DNA from: Epithemia pelagica
Lineage: Eukaryota > Protista > Bacillariophyta
NCBI GenBank assembly: GCA_946965045.2
Contig: OX337230.1
Location: 1,302,001-1,366,000 of the forward strand
DNA length: 64,000 bases
Reading direction: 5' to 3'
The notes under the pieces: generated by a model
What the model saw: the letters and a program-made list of their open reading frames with translations, nothing else
Told to the model about the DNA's origin: nothing
Database searches by the model: none
Program-made: the position numbers and the translations under genes
In this document: positions 43,254-55,782 of the stretch, one piece after another
Numbering within the stretch: the stretch's first letter is position 1
Layout of the letters: each line of letters starts with the position of its first letter

Positions 43254-44313
43254 ATGTCCACTAAACAGAAGAAAAATCCGTTTCTTGCAATGACAGCTGG
43301 ATGTATGTTGGAGCTCTTTGTTGAACTCATCAATTAAATTTTGGGGTCAAAGTCTCTCACTATCTTGTTCTCTTTGCACTCCTAGGCATTGCAGGTGGGA
43401 TCGAGGCAACGGCAGTGTGGCCGATGGAATTTATCAAGGTAAGTGAACTTGGTGGCGCACTTTAGGGGTCTACCTAGCTGGCGTTGGAGAACATGGTGAA
43501 CTGTATTACTGATGATCATCTTTGTCATATCGACAGACTCAACTACAACTGCAAGCCAAGACAAAAGGAACAAAACTCCCCTACGATGGAATGATTGGTG
43601 GTTTGCGCTACTATATACAGACAACTGGTTTCTTTTCGCTCTATCGTGGTCTTGCGCCGACCTTGCTAGGAAGCATCCCCAAAGCTGGAATTCGTTTTGG
43701 ATTGAATTCCGTCATCAAAGACAATCTTCGTGACAAGAATGGAAATTTAACACCTGCCAAGAATTTCGTAGCTGGTCTTGGTGCCGGTGTTTCGGAGGCT
43801 CTTGTGATCGTGGCACCAGTGGAGACGGTGAAAACAAAATGCATTGAATTGAACATGTCGTTTATGGGTGGGTTTCGGCACATTATGAAAACAGAAGGCA
43901 TTGGCGGCGTCTATCAGGGAGCATTTGCCACGGCCTTGAAACAAGGGACCAATCAAGGTCTCCGTTTCATGTGGTTCAATGAATACAAAAAGATAGTCAC
44001 GGAAGATGGGAAGAAACCCTTGTCACCAATTGGCGGTTTGTTCGGTGGCATGTCTGCAGGGTGCTTCTCGACACTAGGCAACAATCCTTTTGATGTCGTA
44101 AAAACAAGAATGCAAGGAACCAAGGCAGCGCAGTATTCGAGCACGCTCGACTGTTTCAAACAGATTGTCACACAGGAAGGAATCGGGGCTCTCTATTCAG
44201 GTGTTATGCCTCGACTGGGTCGAGTGATTCCAGGACAAGGGATTATTTTCATGAGCTTCGAGACTATTCAAGATGTATTAGAAAAGAACGTTTGGTTCTT
44301 TCAAACTAAATAG
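43254..44313 (+). CDS. Mitochondrial carrier, citrate/tricarboxylate (CTP1/SLC25A1-like), 3 exons
   Basis: Spliced MSTKQKKNPFLAMTAG|CIAGGIEATAVWPMEFIK|TQLQL. Three PX(D/E)XXK repeats (PMEFIK, PVETVK, PFDVVK) and YSGVMPRLGRV. Confidence 0.92.
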
Positions 44314-44428
44314 ATGTCTGCCTACAACTTATGAAACTAATCTGCTTCTGGCTGCACTTGAAATCTCGCTTGACTGATGGTGTACAAGGCGCACATGGAC
44401 CGATGCTGCACGTTGTTCAGTATCCCCC

Positions 44429-45274
44429 CTACACGAAGAAGAAATGTGCCATAGCGCCTCCGGTTGAAGCAACGTAGTTTGGATTTTTCTCGGCATCATG
44501 CTCAATCTCCACCAGCTCTCCATCAGCTGTAAGGTACAACTGGCATTCATCTGATGGCTGTTTCTGAATAAATTCACGGGCCAACGCTTGCCACGCAAAG
44601 ACCGCGTCTTGCATCACTGACGGCCCAATTCGAGATTCTCCAGGGCGAGGAATGCCCGTGGCGATCGCTTGTACAGCATCGAGTTGAATGGTGCTGTTAA
44701 GGGAATTGTCTTGCCCTGGGTCGTTTCCAGGGGATTTCCTGTTGGGTGAAAGAGTGTCAAGTTTTGGAATGGCTTCTCCTTGCCATAGTTTGTCCAAGAC
44801 ATCTGATTGGTGATGCTTTTCCAGTCCCTGTCTTACCCAGTCACATAATCCATAAAGTGTGCTCAAAGCCCTTGGTTGTTCTCCTTGTTCTTTTGGAGCA
44901 TCTCGGAATATGGCTTCAAGCAAGGGAGGACAAACATTGGCAACTGTACTTGAGGGATCCTCTGTAGATGCTGCGACATGCAAACGAGCACCAAAGATAA
45001 TGTTCCTGCGAACATATATTGATCCATAGGCAAGTTCCGGATTCTTGAGAGCTTCTAGTAATGTAAGCGAGGGATGCAATAAAAAGTATTGCCGAGATCC
45101 ATGTGCCATTTCCGCAGTTCTGTGAATCATACCATCTGGAAACGGATTATCCGGAGACTTGCTGATTTTTAGACGATCTTCGCTCACTTCCTTACTGAAT
45201 GCCCGAGAGATGATTCGCTTTTGGCCTCGAAGTTGTAGGTGACGGCCCAAACAGGTTCTCGGAGCTCCAAACAT
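44429..45274 (-). CDS. Conserved-looking hypothetical protein, possibly mitochondrion-targeted
   Basis: Long ORF. Arg-rich, acid-free leader from MFGAPRT (45274); an alternative ATG is at 45379. Confidence 0.6.
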   Translation of the reverse strand: MFGAPRTCLGRHLQLRGQKRIISRAFSKEVSEDRLKISKSPDNPFPDGMIHRTAEMAHGSRQYFLLHPSLTLLEALKNPELAYGSIYVRRNIIFGARLHVAASTEDPSSTVANVCPPLLEAIFRDAPKEQGEQPRALSTLYGLCDWVRQGLEKHHQSDVLDKLWQGEAIPKLDTLSPNRKSPGNDPGQDNSLNSTIQLDAVQAIATGIPRPGESRIGPSVMQDAVFAWQALAREFIQKQPSDECQLYLTADGELVEIEHDAEKNPNYVASTGGAMAHFFFV

Positions 45275-45436
45275 GTTGTCTTCACAATGCACAATAAAAG
45301 GTATCTTCAGAATCTTTGTTGGAACGGGAGAAAAAGATCCGTGACTCAAATAATTGGTCGCAGAAGATATGCGTGACATGAAGCGAGGGCTTGTCACGTC
45401 CACCATCCACGTCCTCTGCAAAATCTTCGCCCAACC

Positions 45437-48277
45437 ATGAGTATCGAGGAAGCGGTGAAACCGAACAACCAAAGCGCCACTGTCCATTTGCTCCATCATG
45501 GCGCAGCAGCATCTTCACAAAGAGGACTCATTGGTTGGATTCGTCCAACGGAGGAGCCTCATCAGGATCATGAAGAGAAGAGACCACCCTCAAGACAGTG
45601 CTCAACACTGGTATATGCTTCACATTCGGTTCTGAATCTTGCCCATGCCAAAAGCGTCGTATTATCATCGGGGGACTCAGAGCCAATTTGGCACGTCGAA
45701 GAAACTCTGTGCACAGAGACAAGAGGCAGCGACAGTGGACCTCAGCACGTGATCACGTGTTTGGCGACACTGTCGTGCGATTTGGCCAAACCAAACCAAT
45801 CAACTGTTTTCACTGCGGCCATAGTTTCAGGCTTTGCGGATGGAACGATTTCATTGTGGCTACGAAATCAAAGTTACACTTGGTGCGAGCTGTATTTGGA
45901 TGATAGCACAGCCTCCAATCTACCAATCACTTGCATTGATGCTTCTTGGGTAGAAGGGCATTCCATGCTCCTCATCCTGGTTGGTACTTCAGCAGGAGCT
46001 ACTTACTACCAATGCAAACTTAGAAAATGCGTAGCTCAAGATGAGATAGTTCAACGCAATGGGAAAGATGTGGTCATGGTCGAAAGCAAGAGCACAGTGG
46101 TTGTCGAGAACACTGCGGTGTGTTCCGTGAATTTTCGCCATGACACTTCGATAGGACATGTTTTAGCCTTGATTGGAACAGCTGCTCCTCGACACAACAA
46201 AATACATGTTCTTCACACCTCCGTAGACGCAAGCACCTCGAGTGGACTAGATCTTCACTACAGTGGTTCCTTGACGGGACATGAGGACTGGGTGACATGC
46301 ATGGCTTGGACTGGCGATTTGACGGCACCATTTTTGGCAACGGGAAGCCAAGACACACGTATACGGCTCTGGAAGTTTTCTACGTCGGTGAATGCTGAGT
46401 CAATCAAGGATGAGCTTCCTGAAGAAGGCCCTGGAGTAGTACCAATACAGGAGGACGATGAGGGTGATGACGATGATGAAAACGTTGGCCATGACGATGA
46501 CGAAGAAGAAGGGGAGTCACGACTGGATATTCAACTTGGCAAAAGTGTAATCCGCGTCACATTGGAGGCATTGCTCATGGGTCATGAGGAAGCGGTCACC
46601 TCCCTGTGCTGGTACAGGCAGTCGAAAAATGTCTACAAACAGGATCATTTGTTGGTGAGCAGTAGCATGGACAGATCCATTCTCTTGTGGACTCCAGGTG
46701 AGGATGGCATTTGGACACCGTTAACGCGGGTAGGAAGTGCGGGAGGAATCCTTGGTGGATCTGTTGGCTCGACGTTACTGGGGTATCTTGGCGCAACAAC
46801 AGAACCTCTTGGAGGAACATGCTTAATCGGACATGCATACGGAGGTGCTTTGCATGTATGGAATCTGGATGATGAAGCAATCAACTTTTCCTCTTCTCCT
46901 GAATCAGTTGATATCCCCACAGCAGAGCTTGCCACCCGTTTGTATTGGAGGACAACTGCGTGCATCACTGGTCATTTCGCTGGAGTGAAGGATTTGTGCT
47001 GGGAGGCATCCACAGGGCGCTACCTCTTGACCGTCAGCGACGATCAAACATGTCGACTCTGGGCTGCCGCGAAACCTAAAGTTACAAATGAACGGATCAT
47101 TTGGGTTGAAGCAGCGAGACCTCAGGTGCATGGTTACAACTTGGCTGCAGTGACATCGCTGTCTTCCCAGAAACATCCGCATTTCATTGTTACTGGAGCG
47201 GACGAGAAAGAGCTGAGAGGATTTGATGCACCAAAATTGTCGCTGGATGTCCTCGAGGCCGTGACTGGCACACGGTGGCCTACTGATGATCCAACAAAAC
47301 GAGTTGAACGCGCCTACATTCCCTCATTGGGTCTTAGCAATAAGGCTACTGCATCGGAGGGTGCCGAAGACGACACCCCGGATGAAACTGCGACCGGTTC
47401 CATGTTGCGTCTCCCACTGGAACGTGACCTTGGAGCAGTGTCACTTTGGCCTGAAGTACAAAAGCTGTTTGGCCATACATCAGAACTCTACTCTGTCTCG
47501 TCTTCCCTGGAAGCACGGAGTGTCATTGGGTTGACCGACAGTGAATCTGACGGTGCACTGTTGGCATCTTCCTGCAAAGCGAGAAACGAAGCGGATGCTT
47601 CAATTCGTCTCTGGAAAGCATGGGAAGGCACATGCCATCAAGTTTTGTCGGGTGGGCACAAGTCAACTGTAGCCTCACTCGCGTTTTCTCCCGACGGAAC
47701 GCTGTTGGCCTCCTCTGGCAAGGATCGCCGTCTTTGTCTATGGCGACGTCAAGACGATGGGCAATTCAAGGCGGCTTGGGCCAAGGAATCTGCTCACAAA
47801 CGAATTGTTTGGTCGGTACACTTCCATCCGCACTGCTTCGGGGACACTTATTTCCTTGCATCAGGGTCTCGTGATGGTTGCGTGAAAATATGGTCAATTG
47901 CCGTGTCAAACGAATGTCAAATACCCGTTGTAGACGCAAGGACAATACACAGCTTTTCACCCACGCACACAGTCAATGGTAAGGCAGATTCTGTCACTGC
48001 AGTGTCATTCTGTCCCTGTCCCGTTGAACATGGGAGTGCCTTTTTGGCGCTTGGTCTCGAGTCTGGCCTTGTGGAATTGTGGAACGTCCCCTTGAAATCC
48101 CCGACGGACAATATTCAGCCATCGGTATATCTGGTTTTCCCTGCCAATATCTGTCACAAGGCTACCGTTACCAAGCTTGCCTGGCGGCCTTGCAAACCAT
48201 CTGAAAGCGCAACGATGAAAACCTTGGCTAGTTGCTCGTCCGATCACGGATGTCGCATTTTTGAGATAAATCTCTAG
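45437..48277 (+). CDS. ELP2: Elongator complex protein 2 (WD40 repeats)
   Basis: GHEDWVTCMAW, LATGSQDTRIRLW, LEALLMGHE, SSSMDRS, RPQVHGY, GADEKELRGFDAP, ALGLSNKA, LWPEVQKLFGH. Confidence 0.95.
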   Translation: MSIEEAVKPNNQSATVHLLHHGAAASSQRGLIGWIRPTEEPHQDHEEKRPPSRQCSTLVYASHSVLNLAHAKSVVLSSGDSEPIWHVEETLCTETRGSDSGPQHVITCLATLSCDLAKPNQSTVFTAAIVSGFADGTISLWLRNQSYTWCELYLDDSTASNLPITCIDASWVEGHSMLLILVGTSAGATYYQCKLRKCVAQDEIVQRNGKDVVMVESKSTVVVENTAVCSVNFRHDTSIGHVLALIGTAAPRHNKIHVLHTSVDASTSSGLDLHYSGSLTGHEDWVTCMAWTGDLTAPFLATGSQDTRIRLWKFSTSVNAESIKDELPEEGPGVVPIQEDDEGDDDDENVGHDDDEEEGESRLDIQLGKSVIRVTLEALLMGHEEAVTSLCWYRQSKNVYKQDHLLVSSSMDRSILLWTPGEDGIWTPLTRVGSAGGILGGSVGSTLLGYLGATTEPLGGTCLIGHAYGGALHVWNLDDEAINFSSSPESVDIPTAELATRLYWRTTACITGHFAGVKDLCWEASTGRYLLTVSDDQTCRLWAAAKPKVTNERIIWVEAARPQVHGYNLAAVTSLSSQKHPHFIVTGADEKELRGFDAPKLSLDVLEAVTGTRWPTDDPTKRVERAYIPSLGLSNKATASEGAEDDTPDETATGSMLRLPLERDLGAVSLWPEVQKLFGHTSELYSVSSSLEARSVIGLTDSESDGALLASSCKARNEADASIRLWKAWEGTCHQVLSGGHKSTVASLAFSPDGTLLASSGKDRRLCLWRRQDDGQFKAAWAKESAHKRIVWSVHFHPHCFGDTYFLASGSRDGCVKIWSIAVSNECQIPVVDARTIHSFSPTHTVNGKADSVTAVSFCPCPVEHGSAFLALGLESGLVELWNVPLKSPTDNIQPSVYLVFPANICHKATVTKLAWRPCKPSESATMKTLASCSSDHGCRIFEINL

Positions 48278-48337
48278 CTGGAGCAGTGACATCTCATTAT
48301 TTCTCTATGTTAGTGTTAGCCCTTTGAACAGGTCTGT

Positions 48338-49319
48338 CTATCTGATGGTCCCAAACGAGGGAAAAGATATTTCTCCCAAATCATCATTATCGTCCATGCT
48401 GTCATCCATGTCTTTTTTTCCAGCTGCTGCCAGAACTCTTGGTTGCAATTCGGATCGTGCCATCAGAGCAGTGTGATGGGGAATGATACTCTTCATGTCT
48501 CCTGTTGCTGTTCGAGGCCCATACAGTTCGACCTGGCGAACATGAGTATCCCGGCCGTTCTGAAGAGGAGAAAACATGAAAGTGAGTCTTATCTACCACA
48601 CAGATTGTCTCAATCCAATGATAGCCCTAGGCACACACCTGATGCATGGACAAAATTGAGATTCTTAACAAGTGTGTTCGTACTAGACTGCGACTGAGAT
48701 CCATAAAATTGTCATTGTCCAACTCAGCTTGACATTCATCTAGTGGATCGGGAGGGCTGGACAGGGGAACGATACACCAACCAACCGGTTCTTGGAATTC
48801 GATCTCCGTATTGTCGGGGTAGACAGCGCCCTGTAAATCTTGATTGGTCATACCGTGTTCGACACATATTTTTTTAGGTGTGTAGGACTCGTCGAGTGCA
48901 TAATCTAGGTACAAGCAGACATGACTGATTGCCACACGACGAGCAAAGTGTACTTGAATCCAGTGCGGTTGCTTGGTTCCGTCAGACTGCCAATAAGAGT
49001 CAATGCTTCGATCACGTATTTGCTCGACTCCATTGCCAGGTTTGGCAGAAGAAAGCTGCCAACACAAAGCTTCTTTCCCGATTTCTCGAAGATGAGATAG
49101 ACTTGAAAGATTGGAAACGGCCGAAATCATGAGTTGGGTTGACGAAGAAGCCCCTGGTGCATGCAATGGGTTGGTGGCACTATCATCAACAGCCCCATCG
49201 TCGTCTTCTTCATCTTCTTCTTCCTCCTCCGGCTCTTCCTCGTCTTCCTCATCGCTATGTGGATCAGACGGACGAGGTTGAGGCGGCGCCTCAGTGTCTT
49301 CTGATGACACGGCATACAT
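48338..49319 (-). CDS. APC10: Anaphase-promoting complex subunit 10 (DOC1) (intron 48560-48638)
   Basis: LREIGKEALCWQLSSAKPGNGVEQIRD, SYWQSDGTKQPHWI, DESYTP, spliced ILSMHQ|NGRDTHVRQV, C-terminal TIR (IR tail). Confidence 0.93.
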
Positions 49320-49533
49320 TGTCAACATCAAAATTCCTTGTATCAAATCAATGAGAGAGTCTTCTCGTCATTTTTTGAGGGGGCAGCAATGAATGACGGG
49401 GAGGGCTATTGTGGCGAGAAAGGGGTGGGGAGTGAGGAGTCAGACCAGCCCGGCGCTCATGCACGCACGCGCAACGGTAATCGCGACCCTTCAACTCCAC
49501 GAAGTTGGAAGTGTGGACAATGTTGAGAAGCAA

Positions 49534-50883
49534 ATGGTCGAACGGGCATGGAGTGTATTTCTCTCCGGAATCGTCGTTGGAGCCGCTTCCCTGTATCTAT
49601 TGAATCAAGCTAACGTGGCCTTGACCAAGGCTAGTTCCGAAGATGGAACAACTGCTGAAACAACACAAGCTGAATCAAATGAACCGGTTGCCGATCATGC
49701 TTCAAAACATGCACGCAATACAACAAGAATAAGTAGTGCGCAGGCATCGACTTCAGCAACTACGAGACCAACCCTGGAAGATGTTCTAAAACAAAATGAT
49801 GACAGACTGGAAATCCAAGCTATTGGTGTGGTCCGATCCGTGTATCGTTTATGCGTCGGCACACCCCGTCAGGGTTTATTGGCCCCTCATGCTCGGGGTC
49901 GTCTGGATTTAACCGCGGTTCCCGCCGAAGCCGTCCAAGGATTGGAAGAATACTCACACATTTGGATATTTTTCATCTTTCATCTGAATACGCTTCCAAA
50001 ACAGGGGAACAAAAAAGCTCCCATGAAGATTGCTCCTCCTATACTAGGGGGAAGAAAAATCGGTGTCTTGGCTTCCCGGTGTAAGTCACCTCTATCTTCT
50101 CGTTGCATCTAATGTTGCTTGCGAGTGTCGTTGTGTGTTGATGGGATCATTTTGGCTGGTGACACGGGAAAATAACATCATTTGTCCTTGTTTGTTTTTA
50201 TTGTTTTTTGTTTGGTAGCGCCTCATAGACCAAATCCAGTAGGGGTGACTCTGGCCCGGTTGGATCGTATCGAAACAAACATCAACAACAAGGTGACCTC
50301 TTTGCACTTATCGGGAGTGGACTTGGTAGATGGGACACCCGTGATTGATGTAAAGCCATTTGTTCCATTGTATGACTCGGACAACACATGCTCTGTTCCA
50401 GATTGGGTGTCAGGAGGATTAGCATTAAGACGAAAAGTGTCCTTTTCCTCACTCGCAGATGAGCAGCTGTCGGAAATCCTTAAGAACAAGAGATCGCGAA
50501 ACACTTTAAGATTTTATGGCCGTCGTGGGGAAACAATCGAAGAGGCTCTTGTCGACATTCGGGCCTGTATTGAGGAGGTTCTTGCGATTGATGTAAGGAG
50601 TCAATGGCAAACCACAAAAGCCAGAAAAGGGAAGTTTCATGCAGAACGCGCCGCTCGTCTCAGACAAGGACCCGTCGTTAAAACAGATCCGGGAGGAAGT
50701 CGGACGGCCGATGTCGAAAGTGCCGTCAATGTGGGTTCCTGTACACAGCAACTTGACAATCTACTGATAACATTTAAAGTTCAGGAGGGTCCGAACGATC
50801 ATACCAATATTTCGGCATCTAATGCGAGTGGTGCTGAAGATTGTTTGATTGTAACATCCATTGAACTTCTGCAGAAACCGTAA
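49534..50883 (+). CDS. TRMO: tRNA m6t6A37 methyltransferase TrmO/TsaA (intron 50081-50218)
   Basis: IGVVRS...GTPRQG, LEEYSHIWIFFIFHLN, GVLASR|SPHRPNPVG, GVDLVDGTPVIDVKPFVP. Confidence 0.92.
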
Positions 50884-51243
50884 AGCATGGGTGGATAATC
50901 GCAACAGATGTCAAACTGTTCTCGCTCGAATGAGAGTTCATGAACACTTCCTCTTCGTTGTTGCCTTTTCATCTTCGTGAAATGGCGTATATCTCCACTT
51001 TCAGGTTGTCGATTGTCCATTTATCAACATTTGTCTTCTCTCTAGAATTATTCTCGTTGTGAAAAATGAAGAGAACGATCGCGCATCTCTTCTCAATACT
51101 TTTAGTCGCTCTTAGGTAGCTTATTATTTTTTGTAGATGTAACAGTGTACTCTGTCGCAAGTACGTAACTCTCGTTCTCCACCGGTGTTCGCGTTCGGTG
51201 TTGGGGGCGATCTTTTGCGTGTCTGTCATTTTTTGCTGTGGCG

Positions 51244-52089
51244 ATGATGGCATCGTTTCGTCCTGGATCTTTCTTCTTGCTCTCCTGTCTATTAGTAATC
51301 TGCAGTTGTTGGGGATACATCCATCCTTTACCGAGCAAGCTTACCATTTCGAGAACCATGGGAAGTTCGACGACCACAGCTGCGGTTACCGAATTGGCGC
51401 AGTACGCACCTGAGGCCATCTCACTGTTCAACAATATGAAGACACCTGCTTCCATTCTTGGAGGTGCAATTGTCGGTTTGGGTTTTGGGTCTCCCTTGGA
51501 AATACATACACCGGAAGGCGTCAAAGAAAACCGGGTCGAGAAGTTTCTAAGGAAAACTTACCTCCTGGTGTCCGCGATTGCACTTCTGTCCCAACTTATT
51601 GCGATTATGTGGGCCACGGTTGCTGTCAACAAACTAACCGAGGTCCATGTTGCCAAAGCAGAAAGTGTATGGCATCTGCTGCAACGAGATCATGACTTGA
51701 GTTGGGCTGGTGTCAATTCCCATTTCATGGTTGGCATGCTCTCCTTCAGTTACATTATTGGAGTCAGAGGTTATTTCTTGGCAGGACGCGGACTCTTGGG
51801 CCAAAGCGTTGCTGGGATCGCAGTCTCATCTCTCTTATTCATGGTCGGAATTGTGAACCGTGGAATTTCCGAGGGAGGAGGACGGGTGGGACAATCCTAT
51901 GGAGGAAGCATTGTTGGACTTTTTGTACATTATGTTATGCTTGGAATGAAAAAGAATTTCGTTTCGTTAAGACCTCTCGAGCTGGCATCGTTCTTCGTTG
52001 GCGCAGTTGCGTTGGCCCAGGGTTTACGTGCTATAAGACAATTGGGCGACCAGGAGGAGGAGTTGGAGGGAAAATCGAAAGTGTCTTAG
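51244..52089 (+). CDS. Hypothetical multi-pass membrane protein with N-terminal targeting peptide
   Basis: ATG ORF with a signal-like N-terminus and about 4-5 hydrophobic helices. Confidence 0.75.
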   Translation: MMASFRPGSFFLLSCLLVICSCWGYIHPLPSKLTISRTMGSSTTTAAVTELAQYAPEAISLFNNMKTPASILGGAIVGLGFGSPLEIHTPEGVKENRVEKFLRKTYLLVSAIALLSQLIAIMWATVAVNKLTEVHVAKAESVWHLLQRDHDLSWAGVNSHFMVGMLSFSYIIGVRGYFLAGRGLLGQSVAGIAVSSLLFMVGIVNRGISEGGGRVGQSYGGSIVGLFVHYVMLGMKKNFVSLRPLELASFFVGAVALAQGLRAIRQLGDQEEELEGKSKVS

Positions 52090-52143
52090 TCAAAATCACC
52101 ATTATGAATGAGGAACCATCCTCTACAGTATGCTTGATCTACT

Positions 52144-54066
52144 CTAGATTCCGATTTCATCATTCTTCGTACCGGCCTTCCGTTTCAAACGTTGAATGGA
52201 GAGTTCAGCCGCCTGTTCCGCACCTACAAGAACAAGGGGTACACCATTACCTGGTCGACAGCTTGCACCCACACATACAACGTTTCGAAAGCCATCGACC
52301 GAGGCCGGTCTCAACCTACTCAACTGTGACAACGCATGGTTGATTCCAAACGGCACTCCAGCTGCAACGTTCCATGACTCAGCCATTGAAACAGGAGTGT
52401 CCACTGATTCGTGTAGTATGCATTGTCTCAGGTCACTGAGACCCTCCAGAACCGCAAGTCGTTCAAGAACGACGTCTCTTGCGCCATTGATTGTTTCTTC
52501 ATCAAATTGTGATGCATAGCCCTGAATCGCGGACCCACGCTCTAGGTTGGACAAGGATTCTTGCCTTCTCAATGTGGGACATGGAAGGAGTACTGTAATA
52601 GAGTCGCACCCCTGAACAAAAGATATGTGAGCCTTTTTCGATAAGGGTGACCAAGAACTCAATCATTTTCTTACCGAAGGAGCACATGAGGGATCGACTT
52701 TACTGGGTCGATGAACATAAAAGTTATAGGCATTGTTTGAGCTGAATCGACATGGTGGATTGAATGTCTCCCGTAGGCAACTCCAGCTCTCTTTTGCGTC
52801 AACGTCTTTGCTTGCTTGTAAGAAAACGTTGTGCGTATTCAATTCATCAAGGGTCTTATTCGTTGACCAGTGAAAAGCTATTACTCCACTACTGAATTTA
52901 TACTTCTCAGTCCAATCATATGTCTCGGTGTCAGCATCATCATTGTTGCGAAGGAGTGTCGCTTGTGCGTAGGGAAGATCAGTATTCATTACTATAAGAT
53001 CGGCCTCGACAAAAGTACTGGCTGTGTCATCGGCTCCTCGAATATTAACTCCTGAGCTCGACACTGATGTAACAGTTTGGTTGCATCGGATCACAACACC
53101 CAGATCTGTACATAATTTCTCCATTGCAGCAGAGACGCAACGAAAGCCACCTTCAGGCGCAAAGACACCGCATTTCTTGTTTTCGGGATGAAGCTCAATT
53201 GCCGCCAAAAGACCGAAGACTGCTGGTGCAGTTGTTCCGAAGACGCCACCTGCGAACGAATTATTGTTTCGGTAGGGTTCTAGTCCCACGTACAAATCCT
53301 GAAAGGATGCCAATGCACGCATTTTGGGTGAAGTGAAGAAGGCTTCCAGTACATCAGAATGGGGTTTCAAGGGCCATGCTTTCCCCGCATCTCGAAGAGA
53401 CTCGATCGAAAAGACAGGAAAGCTTCCGAGATCAAATTTTTCTTCGATAAAGTTTGGTAATCCACAATCTAGGAAAGCCTCACATGCCTGCAAGTAGGCA
53501 TCCCATTTCTGTGCTCCGTTCTCTTCAAACTTTTCCATTGTTGCTCTTGATTCTGCTTCTTCTCCGTCAATTACTTCGCTGTTTCCTTCTCTTCGAAAGC
53601 CGACTAGAAGTCTATCTCCGTCGTCAAATACTACTTGGTACGCTGGGTTACATGGTCTCATATGTAGACCGTATTCGTTCGCGGACGACCCACAATCCTG
53701 GAACAGTCGTTCATATACGTGGGGCAACAGAAGAAGCGAAGGACCTTGCTCATGTCGGAAGATACCATAGTTAGGAATGCTCACATCAAACGAACCCGAC
53801 CGACCTCCAACGATTGGGTTTTTCTCTAGGATGGTGATATGAGGAGGCGGAAAACCGTCTCTGGACTCTCCCATCTCTGCTGCGATACGAGCAGCCGTTG
53901 CAAGTCCCCCGATTCCACCGCCTACGATAACAACCTTTTGCGGAGTCCATGACCATGCTTGTCCAAATAGACTCGTGCCACCAAGGAACAGATAGCAAGC
54001 ATAGCTTCGGATCTTTTTGTGAATGTCGTTCGCAGCAGGGACTTTCGGCGAGGTTGACTGGATCAT
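52144..54066 (-). CDS. CrtI-type phytoene desaturase-like flavoprotein (intron 52612-52674)
   Basis: VVIVGGGIGGLATAARIA (FAD-binding), LEKNPIVGGR, HEQGPSLLL, YVHRPSKVDPSCAP|GCDSITVLLP, VGASCRPGNGVPLVLVGA. Confidence 0.85.
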
Positions 54067-54401
54067 AATGGGCCACCGCAATCTCTCCCAAACACCAGCC
54101 AACAAAGGTTCTATTCTCTTTCGAATACTTTTTGTCGTATCGGCACTTCGTCTGAATAGAAAAGCTGTGAGACATCAATGAGTGAATGAACTGCATGGGT
54201 GAGAGACCACATACCACATGCCATTTCTGTCCGTCGTCCATCCCGTAGATCTACAAAAACTACCTCCTCGCTCCTCGCCAAATAGAATGTGTATAGAATC
54301 ATATTTATATATGAAGAGTTAGCCATCTTTGAGTGTTATCCTAGAACCAATGTTCTCAAAAGTATCTTCATTTCTTTGTGCATGTGTTACGAAAATTGGA
54401 T

Positions 54402-55782
54402 TCAGACTGCTTCGGTTGCCTTGAGACCAATGCGGACAGCTTCGAGTCCATCTGTGAGTGTCACTTCGGGATTCCATGATCCCGTCTCTTGATATGAACC
54501 TATGGCACTGACGAGCCTGTGCCATTCCACAGCCGTGCTACTGTAGTGATAGCCGCCATGGGTTGGAATTTCATGTTTTATTCCATGAACCTCACGTACA
54601 TTTGAACAGTCGTACACGGTTTCATTGATAGCCGATGAAGGAGGAGGAACGCTTCGGTCTACCCATGCATCGATAGTGGGACGTTGGTACGCATACACCT
54701 TGTTCTCGGGAAGGTAGGCCTCGATACGTCCTCTGGTACCGGTCACAATGATCTCTTCTCGGTGACGACTGCCGTCCGCAAACATCGTGAGTTCAAGACA
54801 ACCCATTGCGATGGACTTTTCAAATGGAAAAATGACATAAGCTGAATCGATTATGGGAACCTCGAACTGTTTTTCCTCGTCTTGGTAGTTTAGTCCACGT
54901 TGGACCAACGTCTTGATCTGAGGCACATCAACCTCCTGTCCACTAATCAATCGAAAAAGGTCAAAGAAATGGCAACATTTCTCGACCAACGAATCGCCTG
55001 TTTTGTTTCGGTCTCGGTTCCACTGAGCAACTTTATCGAGAAAGGGAAACTAAAGATGGACAAAGACATAGGCATATATTGAGTCGCAATGCAAACGCAG
55101 GCATGATGACTTAGTGCAAGTGGGAAAGTGCTTACCCGATTCTCACGTATAGTAACCATTTTAATGTCCCCAATAGTCGGAAGGAGATCCATTAGTTTGG
55201 CAATTGCGGGAATGTATCGATATTCCATAGCAACCCAGACTCGGGCACAAAACTCTGGCGATTCAACAAAGGTCGACAGCCTTGTATGCTGCTCCATGGA
55301 AACGGCAACTGGCTTTTCGCACAATATGGAAATATTCCTGGTTCCCCAACGGATAATAGTATCTGTGTGTAAATGATCTGGTGTGGCAATCACTAGCAAA
55401 TCGATATCATCAGCCCTTTGTAGTAGCTCTTCCTCACTGTGGACCAGTTCTGGCAACGTCATGGGCTGACTGGAGTTATAAAATTTTTTAAAAACGTCCA
55501 TGCTTTGTTTCAAGGATGGTTCGTGAGGGTCGCAAAGAAAGCCCAGTGATACATTTGAGTATCCCAGAATATATGAAATATGTTCTTGTCCCTGTGGTTC
55601 CAAAGTACAACATGATGAGAAAACCCTGGACTTTCCCGGCCTCTTCTAGGACTAACCGGAAAGCTTACCATCATACCGCACCCCAACAGGGCACATCGTA
55701 TCGTTCTCGTTGTTTCGTGCGTCCCATCGTCAACTTCTAAGCTTCCCTCATCGAGGACGTCTGCACGAAGGTTCGGCGGCAT
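54402..55782 (-). CDS. Gfo/Idh/MocA family NAD(P)-dependent oxidoreductase (inositol-dehydrogenase-like), 3 exons
   Basis: Spliced ALLGCGMM|GQEH (Rossmann), IATPDHLH, ILCEKPV, AMEYRY, IRENR|FPFL, GDSLVEKCCHFFDL. Introns 55592-55668 and 55050-55135. Confidence 0.92.

Noticed and set aside
42830-43333. 167-aa minus-strand ORF
   Set aside because: It overlaps exon 1 and the promoter of the mitochondrial carrier on the opposite strand and has no recognisable motifs.
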